Source of the DNA: Botryllus schlosseri
Lineage: Eukaryota
Direction: 5' to 3'
Assembly: GCA_051294905.1 (NCBI GenBank)
Contig: CM119371.1
Location: 27,468,001-27,528,000, forward strand
DNA length: 60,000 bases
The position numbers and the translations under genes are program-made. The notes beneath the pieces are model-generated. The model made no database searches. It was not told the origin of the DNA and saw only the letters and a list, made by a program, of their open reading frames with translations. Of this stretch, positions 49,751-60,000 are shown one piece after another (within the stretch, counting starts at the first letter, position 1; each line of letters begins with the position of its first letter).

Positions 49751-51312
49751 GATAACGAGTGGTACTACTAGACCATAATTGACTAACTTCGGAATAGAAT
49801 CAGTCGATACCACGATTGGGGGCCCTATAGGTATGTAATAGCTTATGGGGGCTTCCCCCACCCCCTCTCACATCTATTATTTCCAATTTAATAGCAGTGG
49901 GCCATATGCAATGGAATTACGTGATGTGTATATATGACACTAACACGGCTTTGAAGCATGCTTTAATGTTGATTTTTTTAGCTCCTGAGCCTTCTCTTAT
50001 CCTACATTATCAAATTATTAAAGAAGTTACCTAGTTATCTATAGCTCATGTTCTCATATGGCATGCAGCATGAAAAAATAATATAGCGATACAACTACTG
50101 CATGCTAAATAGACCACATTAGTTGGAAACGCTATATCGGCTCATATTAGTAACACATTAGTAACAAACCAGTACACCACGTCAAGGTTTGAACCGAAGC
50201 GCTGGATTGAGCCATATCTATTATTGCATGATTGCAAAGATAGAACACATCAAAATCAAGTAGGCCTACCTCTAACGTATGCACTGCAGTGACTTGATGA
50301 TATGAGGACATATAAACATGAAATTTTCTACAACTAAACTTTGATCGCTGGTGAATTGACTAAAAAAGTCATTGTTTCGGCATGGCTTCCAAAAGATCTG
50401 TCTCCACGTATAATCGGTGGAAGTTTGCCCTTTTTAGTCAGCTTTTGAGGCAGATCCAGAACAATCTGTTTAACGTGCCGATTAGTTATATATAAATCTG
50501 GTAAATGGTAACATCCCTTCATCCCCTTCGTACACTTTTTCGCCTATTGCACCCCCCATCCTTCATTATGTTTGCCATCCAGTTTCTCAAAATCGTTGTG
50601 AACCACTGTGCTATGTTATATCTCGTGTATGATGTGCAACGATGTCATATCTTAGCACAGGGGTGCGCAAACCTTTCTACAATGGGGACAGATATATCAC
50701 AAATGCCATGAAACTACGGCTTTCTGTATAGTTGGTGGAGGGTCCACTAGACATTCTAGTAGTCGAAACCCTACAATCGCATTGGAAATGGCGATGGCGA
50801 AACTCAATTCATTCGAATGCGATATCGGAATCGCCAAAGCAATAGCAAATACCGGGTAGCGCGAAAATAATTCCAAGTCATCGAATATATTTTAGCAAAA
50901 GGTTCATGTGGAAATTCGCCATATGTTAATTCGTGTGAAGTTAGTGCCGTATGGGCTCGTAACATAACCAATCTAGCTACATGAGAAACCCATAGCCGCA
51001 GACTCTTTGCCATTGGGACTTCTTGCGAAAGTTTGAACGTTTTCAACGGGTGACGACATCTGACACATATCCACCGTATACATAACCGCGTCAACGGCTA
51101 CCATCATAGCAAACTGAAACGTGCGGTACACGCAATATAAGCTTGATATACCTCATGAAAGTTGATATCACAACGGATTATTGATGATAACGGGTCTTCC
51201 GCCGCGGAAAAACCCGCAGTGAATGACATAAAATATTGCTCTGTGCATACATATACATGGATATTGAGAAAGGGACAGGGATATTCGCTTCAAATAGAAT
51301 ACGTGTACTTAC

Positions 51313-51655
51313 CTGACGAGTAAGTATCGTCAGACATTGGATATTCTGCCATGGCGTCGTCAATGCCCCCACAAATTCTCACGAAAGCACGCAGTACGTT
51401 AAATAAAATAAGTTAATGCCTCTTTCAGCAAAAGAATAACCGTCAACTCTCAACTCCGTGACATCTCACATAGTTCAGGGGACATAAAAACATCGATAGA
51501 GAGTTGGTCTGTGAGTTCGACAGTCGATAACTTCCTTCGTCAGTTATACAAATGTTTGTGTATACCTGATGTCTGTCTAGTGTCTAGTTGTGATCCTTCC
51601 ATGGAATTGTCCTCACTCAACTAACGATAATTTAGAAATTTTCCCTCTGTCACGA
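51313..51655 (-). pseudogene. Decayed full-length DED-like exon
   Basis: DTRQTSGIHKHLY (compare DIREMTRVHMNLV at 5.3 kb)..RRKLSTVE..IDVF..LLKEALTYFI*R. Ends in |gtaagt, with a ~72-nt intron to cacag at 51241. Confidence 0.45.
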
Positions 51656-52017
51656 AGGTAAACTAAGCCTCATTTATGTAGCAACATATTAGTATCAAGC
51701 CACCTGCATAGAATAACAACGCACGTTGAGGTGCACCGATCGGCTTGTCTGGACAAAACGGCAGGCACACGATCAGTGATGCTATAAACGGAAAATAATA
51801 ATTAGCCAATGCCGTCTGCGAGTGATGACACAGCTACACGGTATTTAACACCTTTAGCGATCGTGAATGAACGGGGCATTAGGTCAAGGAATGGACGAAG
51901 GTATAAGATACGAAGTCAGATCCTGTCAACCGCAGTCTTGTGTGAGCAAGAGGGTCATGCACTGTTAATACGTGGGCGGGAGACAGGGTGATTTACCAAA
52001 TCTCCACCATAGGTAGA

Positions 52018-52320
52018 CTACCAAATGGTACCAACGATTGCTTTCGCATCTACTTCAATATATGAAAACGAGTAAAATAAACCAAATCTTGTGGAGATAT
52101 ATCCCAGGGCGTGAAGTCGGCTATACTTATGTCCACTAATTTTTCGCATTTTCATGAGCTGTACCGCGAAAACGGTATCCATTCTACCCCGGAGGCATAT
52201 CTCAATAACAATGGGTGTACCTTACTCTTGTTCACCCACTGGGGTGAGCGTAAAGGCAAGACTGCGTAACACAAAGCAGCGTCTGTCTGATTTGCACTCT
52301 AAGCTATGGCGGAAATCGAC
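52018..52320 (-). pseudogene. Death-fold-like remnant
   Basis: DFRHSLECKSDRR..SLAFTLTPV..KMRKISGHKYSRLHAL, similar to 13525-13809, with one internal stop. Confidence 0.35.
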
Positions 52321-52590
52321 GATATAAAAGGATCTTCGTTTGCAGTGTGTATCTTATTGCATATCTCAATGCGACTGTCGAGTATGCTCCGCATATGTTA
52401 ACCGGGATGTAAATGACCAAACGGTTCGATATCTAAATTAACCTATACTCGCGGGGATGACAAAGAAATAACTTTTCTTACGCCTGATTTGTCTGCTTGA
52501 CGTTTCTTTCATTGAAATCCAAGCTGCCTACAATCTTAAGAATGTATTCGGAATTGTGGATCGTCAACGTTAACCTTATTATCAGTTAAG

Positions 52591-52670
52591 CAGGGGTGTC
52601 AAACTCAACTTGCGTCGCGGGCCTGATTCAAACCTTCAAACCGCTCGATGGCCGCACCAATCAAATGGTT
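52591..52670. mobile_element. hAT left end
   Basis: CAGGGGTGTCAAACTCAACTTGCGTCGCGGGCC. Partner end uncertain. Confidence 0.65.
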
Positions 52671-53429
52671 CCAATATGTTTCTTAAAAATGCACGCCCCA
52701 GCTTTTCGCTTGATTACTTTATTATCACTCCTGTATACATAGGCTAATAATATATTTAATTACATTACGTATTCTAGCAACAATTTTATTAGCAAACAAC
52801 GGAAGTTTTTGGCAGAAATTCGAAGATTCGTAATTTGAATTTAACCCCTAAAACACTGACTATAACGACGGAATAAGTTAGCAGACATATATGCTCCCTT
52901 TGTTTTAGTGTTAATCTGGTTTTAACTCTGGGTAAGCGTTGTGAATAATACAAGAGATTTAACTGTAAACGAGGACTTTAGAATTTGGCCCATTATCATT
53001 CATCGTGATTCGGATTTCTCTGTCTAACTATGGGACCTTTTGAATTAGAAATTGATACAGCAGTGTGACTAAATAGATTTGAATTACACTATTTTGTAAC
53101 TAGTATGTTCTTCAAGAGACCTGCGTATAACAGTTTCGTTCTATTTTTTTTGCCTCGCGAATAACTACTTTTGTGCGCATTGTTACTGAACTCAGTGTGT
53201 GTGTCTTTGAGTTTTAGGAATTGGACGTCAGTGTCACCAACTTGTTCCTGATGGAGACTAGAGTGAAACCATAACACCTTTGTCGAATAAATATAACGTG
53301 GCCTATGATCTTGAAATTTGCTGCTTTGTGGGAAGTATTTCTTACTATAATATTTCAAAATTTGGTAAAAATGTACTGAATTATACACGACACTCCAATC
53401 TACTCAGAATTGCTCGGTGGGCTGTATGT

Positions 53430-54077
53430 TTAACACCCCTGTTGAAGACATATATATTTTTGAATTAGCAAGTTCATGTATAAGTTTAACAAACAAGAAG
53501 TTCCAAATTCCCTTGTAAACTACTTTGAATACTGCATGCATATACACAACTACGGTACTCGATCTAAGAGCTCTTCCAACCTATTTATGTCTGGTTCTGA
53601 CAATGCTTTTCCTCCCTTGAAGCGTGCTGGAATCGATGTGTGGAATAAATTGCCCCCGCGACTGAAAAGTATGAGTTTTCCGTCATTCAAGGCGGAATTC
53701 CTTGACTTACTTCTCAGTAAGTACTAATCGCCATCGGATGTATTCCCCATGTACTATTGCATTAAGGCATCCACTGTGTACTTCGTTGTTGCTTTTCTAT
53801 TTTCATTTTTTTTTACACACCACCATAACTAGTAAGCATGGGTGTATGTATCTATCTATTCTATAAACTTGTTTCTAATCTCCTAGGTTCCGGCTTGACA
53901 TGAAGATCGTGAGGATCATATCGCCGGCACCCGTCTATACCGTTATAGTGCCAGTTACACACTATTATCACTGTGTATGTGTTGCTGCTATTACTGTGTG
54001 TTTTTTTGTTGTTGTTTTGTTATGAGTATTGTTTATTCCGGTTGACGAAGAAATAAATCTCTCTCTCTCTCTCTCTC
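53430..54077 (+). mobile_element. 5'-truncated CR1/L2-group LINE 3' end
   Basis: ORF2 C-terminus EDIY.FELA(fs)FMYK..HIHNYGTRS..GIDVWNKLP..SFK, then 3' UTR, AATAAA and a (TC)n tail at ~54058-54077. Confidence 0.85.
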
Positions 54078-54889
54078 TTTCCCTGAGTGAAGGTTTTCCA
54101 TAACGGAGTAGATCTGATTTTTACGAGTTATATTTCGCCTACATATACTATCTACTGCGTGTTTCCGTTTTTAGAATACTTCTTACTAACGTCTAATATT
54201 TCTAAACAAACTATATACTTTTTACACTTTGGAATTTGTTTAAGTTAGGGTTACCATAATTCAGCAACCCAAATTCCGGACACTCTTTAGCGCCCACTGG
54301 TGGATTTCAAAATGAGTTATGACGTCACACTAGCAAAGCTTTGCTCATAGACCAGAGGTGGTCACGATCCGGTTCAGGAGTATGTGGCTGTGTGTGTTTT
54401 ATAATCGGGACCGAAAGCTCATGTTTTCAGCCTCCTCCCACCCAAATAAGCAATGATTTTGAGCCCACACTATAGGGCAGGGGTTCTCAACTTCGCATGT
54501 ACAACGGGCCGCATTTTACCCGCAAAAGACGCTGCGGGCCGCAAAACATTATTATCAAGTATTTGTGAGCTTCTATCAAATTTAGGGTACGGGAGCCTAT
54601 TTATTAGTCGTATACGGGCGTCTAGTCCATTTTTATGCATTTCAAATCATTAATGGACAGCGTTCGTAAGTTTTCAATCGCTGTTTTTTGTGAGAATATG
54701 TATCTTCCGGCGTTGCAAGTAAATCACTACATGGAGCGTGCACTGCATTCATTTCCAAGTCGGTATATGTACCTTATTATTATTATTACACACGGTATTG
54801 CTGTGACGCTTATCGCCGTTTAGGCCTTGTGCGTCACAACACATGCACTTTTTTTGCTACAACAGAGGCCACTATCACTTTGAGCTTTC

Positions 54890-55250
54890 GGTGAGATGAG
54901 AAGAAGTCTGGCGTTTCGGGGTCATTTCAGAGCAAACCAATTAACCCATGTCTTTTCCTTCCATGGCTGGAACCCTCCACCGATAGTTACAGAAGTCAGC
55001 TTTGTCAAGTTGATGTTTTTCGCTGGCCACCTCCCCTCGTTTGCCATGCCAGCATTTCTTCTGCAAATATGTCCACTCTGATAAAATGCACCAAGAAAAT
55101 TAGCTTTGCAATGCCTGTGAAGTCGGTGGATTCGTCCAATGCTAGGCTAAGGTAGTATATGCAGCAACGTGTTTGAGAACATGCGATAAAATGTCGACTG
55201 GCTACTCTTCTGGTCACGGTTGAATCGGACAACTTTAGCTGCAAAATTTG
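54890..55250 (-). pseudogene. hAT transposase remnant (Buster/SPIN/GTF2IRD2-like)
   Basis: LSDSTVTRRV..LSLALDESTDFTGIAKLIFLVHFI..EEML..(fs)KLTSVT..GLIGLL. Confidence 0.88.
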
Positions 55251-55277
55251 TCAGGCAATGTTGTCCTTGCTGCTAAG

Positions 55278-55457
55278 CAGTTTTCCCTCTAATTTTTGAC
55301 GAGTCTGCGCACACTCGCCAAATTACTGCGCAGACCCTTGGACAACCGTGCGTAAAGACTATGAAAAAGGACATCATTTCAGGTTAAGATTTTCTGTGCG
55401 CACGGATCGTGTCAGCACTGCGCATTTGCGCACGTGCCCAGCTTGGAGGACACATTG
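55278..55457. mobile_element. 180-bp hAT MITE with TGCGCA repeats
   Basis: CAGTTTTCCCTCTAA / TTGGAGGACACATTG, perfect TSD ctgctaag. Confidence 0.88.
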
Positions 55458-56834
55458 CTGCTAAGTCCTGGAAACAGCGAATACTCAGTATGTTAAAGTA
55501 TTAGTACAGCACAGTATGTTAAAGTATTAGTGAAATCACACTATCTCTAGCAGATTTCTTGGGTTTAGCGATATTACAAAGCGTCTGTAACGTCGTCGGC
55601 AATTTTATTAATTCCTCGAACTATGGATTACTGGGCTTGACGCATGGGTAGTTACGTTTTTTCTAAGATCAGGTGATAGGTAACCTAGAATAAACTTTAG
55701 TGGTATCGTTTTAAGCTTCTACGCTTCGTTACGACAACTGTTCTTTGACAAATATGACAATTATATGCAGCCGCACACTGCTGACAAAGTCGCCACGCAG
55801 AGAAAATCTGTGCCGCACACAAAAAAAGCCGATGTGATGACCTTTCTTTTAGTCGTTAAGCACCGTTGTCCAAGGGAGCACGCGATGAGTTGGTGAGTCC
55901 GCGCAAACTATTGAAAAATTAAAGGTCCATACCAATACTGATTCAGAACGATAACAATATAAACTCGAGAACATATCAAGAGACCAGAACACGTCAAATA
56001 ATGGGTATTCAAACGAAACAGCGTCGGTGCGATAAGAGAGCTAAGTAGCTAAATTATTATGCAACAATGCTGGGCCAATAGTTATTGCGTTCGTAATGAA
56101 AGAGGCCACGGGCCGCCAAATGAACCTCTGCGGGCCGCGGGTTGAGAACCCCTGCTACAGGGTAATCGATGCCACTTCTGGGGGAAGGGGGGTGCTTGCT
56201 ATATGAATTTGGTTTCTATAAGCATCTGGTCGTTAAACTATTTGAATGAATTCTGTCAATAATATTGGTCGTTCCATATATTACTATATAGATACATCTC
56301 TCCGCCCACATGATCAGAGTTAGCGGTAGAGCTGGTGGAGGATAATGAGTTCGAAAATACAGGGAGCGTAATTGCACATCGTTAAGTCATGTTCATGTCC
56401 TACCGATAAGATTGTTTATCAGCCTTATGCCGGTGTGCAGCACGGAGCTTTATAAACACCCCACATCGGGTGGTTTCCAACTTTTTATGGTCGCGACTCC
56501 ATATCCAATTTGAAAATATTCCATGGCCCAGATCAAAATTTGACGAGCTCATTACTAAAAGAAGTCAGCACCTTTGCTGAGATTTACTCACGGGCTAATT
56601 TGGGTGCTGATTACGTTCAACATATTCGCAAACTCCAGAATAAAGGCAAACGACCCCCCCCCCCCCCCAATCCCATTTGGAACCACTATCTTTGGAAGAT
56701 GCATTTACACCGCCTTAACGATCTCTAGTGATATACCGTTCTCCTATAACTGCGATTACAATTAGGCTCATTCCAGTAAATGAAGGTTGTTTTAATTTAT
56801 ATTTTATTGCAGTTTTTGCGAGGGTGGTAGTCTC

Positions 56835-57798
56835 TGGGGATGGTGTGAACCTCTGAAAGGTTCAGGTTCGTGTGAACGTGAACCTTTTTGAAAGGTTCTG
56901 TGTGAACACGAACGTGAACCTCATGACGTCACGGCACGTCATATTGCTAATTTCAACCCCATATTTCAATTAGGTGATTGACCAATGCCCATATTAATCT
57001 ACTGTATACGATACCACCGAGCGACGACTCGGGGCCACATAATAGCTCAGTACTTAAGTACATATTGCATCTGAAACATCGCCAAATGTATCAACTGGGG
57101 CAATCAAATGATATAATAATCCCATAAGATCAGTATCTTGCGTCGCTTTGCCAACAATTTCGACCTGATCGGACAATGTATTCGGCGTCTGAGTATTGCC
57201 ACATGGATATTGAGCAGAGTGTAAAATCGGTTTCTATACTTGCTACCGATTAACAAGTTATACAGCAGTATAGCCAACACCCCAGTCGCACGGATTTGGT
57301 TTTTATGATACAGTATGCATATGTAGTCAAGATTGACCCCGTACGCCTGCTAGATTTTTACATCAGAAGACGATATCAATCTCATTGATTGGTTGAATAA
57401 GGACCATTTGCTGACAAAATACCGTGTATTTCGCTCCTGATATCATGTGATTACGGATCAAGCTCACAGCACAGAGACACTAAATATGCACCAACGGAAA
57501 GCTGGATATTTCGAGCAAACTTTGGTTACAATACAAGTAAATATTTGAGATTGTCAAGGGCATGCTCGTTTAGTGTTGAATGTTTATGCTGCCAGCTCCA
57601 TGCATAGAGTGGCCCGCAGTTGAAAGTCAATAAATTTGAACCAAAGATGCTATAGTGAAGTGAAAATTGCAATAGAGTATATATGAAAAAGTTTCACAGT
57701 GCCGAACCTAGCAAGGTTCTGTTGTGAACGCGAACCTCAAATTTTCCGAGGTTCACACACAGAACGTGAACGTGAACCTCACGTTCACACCATCGCTA
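56835..57798. mobile_element. hAT MITE with GTGAAC subterminal repeats
   Basis: TGGGGATGGTGTGAAC / GTTCACACCATCGCTA, perfect TSD gtagtctc. Confidence 0.92.
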
Positions 57799-58476
57799 GT
57801 AGTCTCCATATTAAAATCAATAAATGTGACAGTGAATCGCGCGCTACGCGAAGAAAAACATCATGCATCAGCATAAATATTCCTTTAAAATATTGTTTTT
57901 ATGCTGATTTACGAAAAAATTATGAGCTTACGTTACGTCTTCAAAATTCCGGACATATAGCATATTTTAGAAATTCGTCCCGGACGCTAGTTTGAACAGT
58001 GAAATTCCGGACATGTCCGGGAAATTCCGGACGTATGGCAACCCTAGTTTAAGTAGACAGCAGTTCTGGATATGCCTGCATCGCTTTTATCAGCGAAATC
58101 GCATTGGCAGCAAGGCGAGAGAGAATCTTTATCTCCGTTATGAAAATATTTTACAAAATTGCAATTATATGTAGTGTCATTGGGACCTTTTGCATTAGTC
58201 ACGAAGCCGCATCCTGTAATTTCGAAAGTGGACAACTCCTGTCTTCATTTTATAGTTATAGTTGAAGTAGAGTTGCTAAATTTGCTTGTACGTATACTAT
58301 GTGCGTACATGTGTATGAACACTCATCACTTTGGCCACCCCTGATTATAAATAGCAGCTCGAACCGAACACATTAGTACGCGGATGATGCAGGTATGGCT
58401 GTGATCTCATGTCGATTCTCTTTTCGTTGTGATATGATGAATGTTGCATACGCTTGATGGTTGATCCGTACCTATA

Positions 58477-59431
58477 TAGGGTTACCATACGTCCTCTTTT
58501 TTGAAAATTCGGTTGTATACAGGTTGAAATTCGACTGAGATATAGGAAATCACGTTCCGGAGGGTATTTCGGAGTTGAGCCAATACGTTGATGGATGATC
58601 CGTAACTGTAGGTTTACCATAGGGCTTGGCAAAATCGAGTACCGGAGTGATTCGATTCTGAATCACATATTATGCTTCGATTCGAGTCGAATATTTGAGT
58701 ACCACTCATTATGACGCGATAACAGAATTTAATGAGACAAGGTTCAAATATGTACTTCTTAATTACCACAAAAAATACCATGCCTGTGATCCGTCACAAT
58801 AAAGATACTTTGGTATTTTCGACCATACCGATTTCAAAGCACTGTGTGACGGTGTTGTGGAATGATCAAGACTAAGTAAATGTGTTATTTCTAGTGGCGT
58901 TCTTAGCTTTTACTATGTTTTGTATGCTGCGATACGGCCTGTCAACGTGTCAAGGCTACGACTGTGGAAAATAGTATCGTAACTTCAATCCACGTTGATA
59001 AATTAACGCTCTGTGGCGAGGAGCGTAAAATTTCAGTACTCGAAAAAATCGTCATTTACTATTCGACTCGAATCATGAAAATTAATACTCGATTCAGATT
59101 CGAGTACTCGAAACATTGTGCCCAGTCCTATAGTTACCATACGTCCTCTTTTAAGAGGATTTGTCTTCTTTTTTTTGAATTTTTTGAAAGTTTCCTCGGA
59201 GGACGCCCGAATGTCCTCTTTTTCGAGAATTAGTTCCCTTTTTAAAATTTAGGTTAGATGCAGGCTAAAATTCGACTGAGATATAGAATATCACGTTCCG
59301 GCAGGTATTTTGGGAGTTGACCACAAAGTCGGGCAAAACTTACCATTTTTCCGGATTTCACTCCAGTATTGTAAGTCCGAAAATTTCGAAAAAGGGTCTT
59401 CTTTTCCGATTTCCAAAATATGGTAACCCTA
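58477..59431. mobile_element. TAGGGTTACCA-family MITE with duplicated left end
   Basis: Left TIRs at 58477 and 58609, right TIR TATGGTAACCCTA. Confidence 0.8.
58620..59130. mobile_element. hAT MITE (TCGA/GATTC repeats) inserted into another element's TIR
   Basis: TAGGGCTTGGCA / TGCCCAGTCCTA, flanked by duplicated ttacca. Confidence 0.8.
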
Positions 59432-59434
59432 AGT

Positions 59435-59500
59435 CAGGGGTGTCAAACATACGGCCAGGGGTGTCAAACATACGGCTCGCAAAACGATTTCACTTGACAT
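59435..59500. mobile_element. hAT left end with a tandemly doubled 21-bp terminus
   Basis: CAGGGGTGTCAAACATACGGC occurs twice (59435 and 59456). Confidence 0.75.
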
Positions 59501-60000
59501 GCGAAGCAATTCTAAGTAGATTGAAAAATCCTTATATTATCAAGCAGACTTGTATTAAATGTTGAGATCTTTTTGTATGAATTACTATCAAATAATCCCT
59601 CAAGACAGCAAGTGTCGAGCATTTTTATTGGGCCACATTATAACTAGCTGAATGCGGTGTTGTGGTTTCACTCTAGTCAACACTATAGGAGCAAGACGTT
59701 GATATTGACACCCAATTTCGAGAAGGCAAAAAGTGTACACCGAGTTCAGAGTTTTATGAAAAATTGAACAATACGTAGTTATTCGCAGAAGCGAATATGA
59801 CGATGACTACAGCCTTTATATGCAGCTTACATGGAGAATATCTCAGTTACACAAAATTTCCATTCAAATATCTGTGGTTGCATTGCTCCGTCACTTCCGA
59901 CTCAAAACGTTACCAGCTTCCAGAAAACTCGGAATCGAGATTTAATATTAATCTACCTAATTCCAACGTCCGCGTTTACAGTTAAACATCTTGTATTAAT

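Larger units (their letters stand above)
39836..49968. repeat. Tandem triplication of a ~2.3-kb unit (starts ~39836, ~42135, ~47654)
   Basis: Three colinear, highly similar copies. The middle copy is enlarged by insertions 44249-45209 and 45300-47452. Confidence 0.95.
54478..56154 (-). mobile_element. Buster/Charlie-type hAT deletion derivative
   Basis: CAGGGGTTCTCAAC / GTTGAGAACCCCTG, TSD ctataggg/ctacaggg. Confidence 0.92.
54246..58046. mobile_element. hAT element (TAGGGTTACCA/CCGGACA family) expanded by nested insertions
   Basis: TAGGGTTACCATA / TATGGCAACCCTA, perfect TSD gtttaagt. Confidence 0.9.

Noticed and set aside
52591..58343. Pairing the 52591 left end with the TTTGGCCACCCCTG end at 58343 as one large element
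   Set aside because: The flanking 8-mers (cagttaag / attataaa) do not match and the TIRs differ beyond 8 bp.
1..60000. Prokaryotic operon, phage or defence-system interpretation, and RNA genes
   Set aside because: No long ORFs or gene-dense organisation. Eukaryotic TEs and spliceosomal signals dominate. No tRNA or rRNA was recognisable by eye.

Overview
This is AT-rich eukaryotic (animal) DNA. The TE families and very short GT-AG introns suggest a marine invertebrate such as an ascidian, but that is inference. I see no complete intact gene, no rRNA/tRNA and no CRISPR array. Two layers are visible. (1) A dense set of non-autonomous DNA transposons, mostly hAT elements with 8-bp TSDs and often nested, with two hAT transposase remnants, a TA-TSD TIR family and a CR1/L2-type LINE 3' end. 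(2) Between and under these insertions, nearly all unique DNA from about 1 to 52 kb translates on the minus strand into decayed, mutually paralogous modules: death-fold (DED/DD-like) domains, low-complexity phase-1 linker exons, and tandem RRM-like repeats of the PARP14/NMI type. This looks like a tandem cluster of (pseudo)genes of a death-fold plus RRM-array family. It was amplified by a ~4.1-kb tandem duplication (5.5-16.8 kb) and a ~2.3-kb triplication (39.8-50.0 kb). All domain assignments were made by eye and need HMM confirmation.
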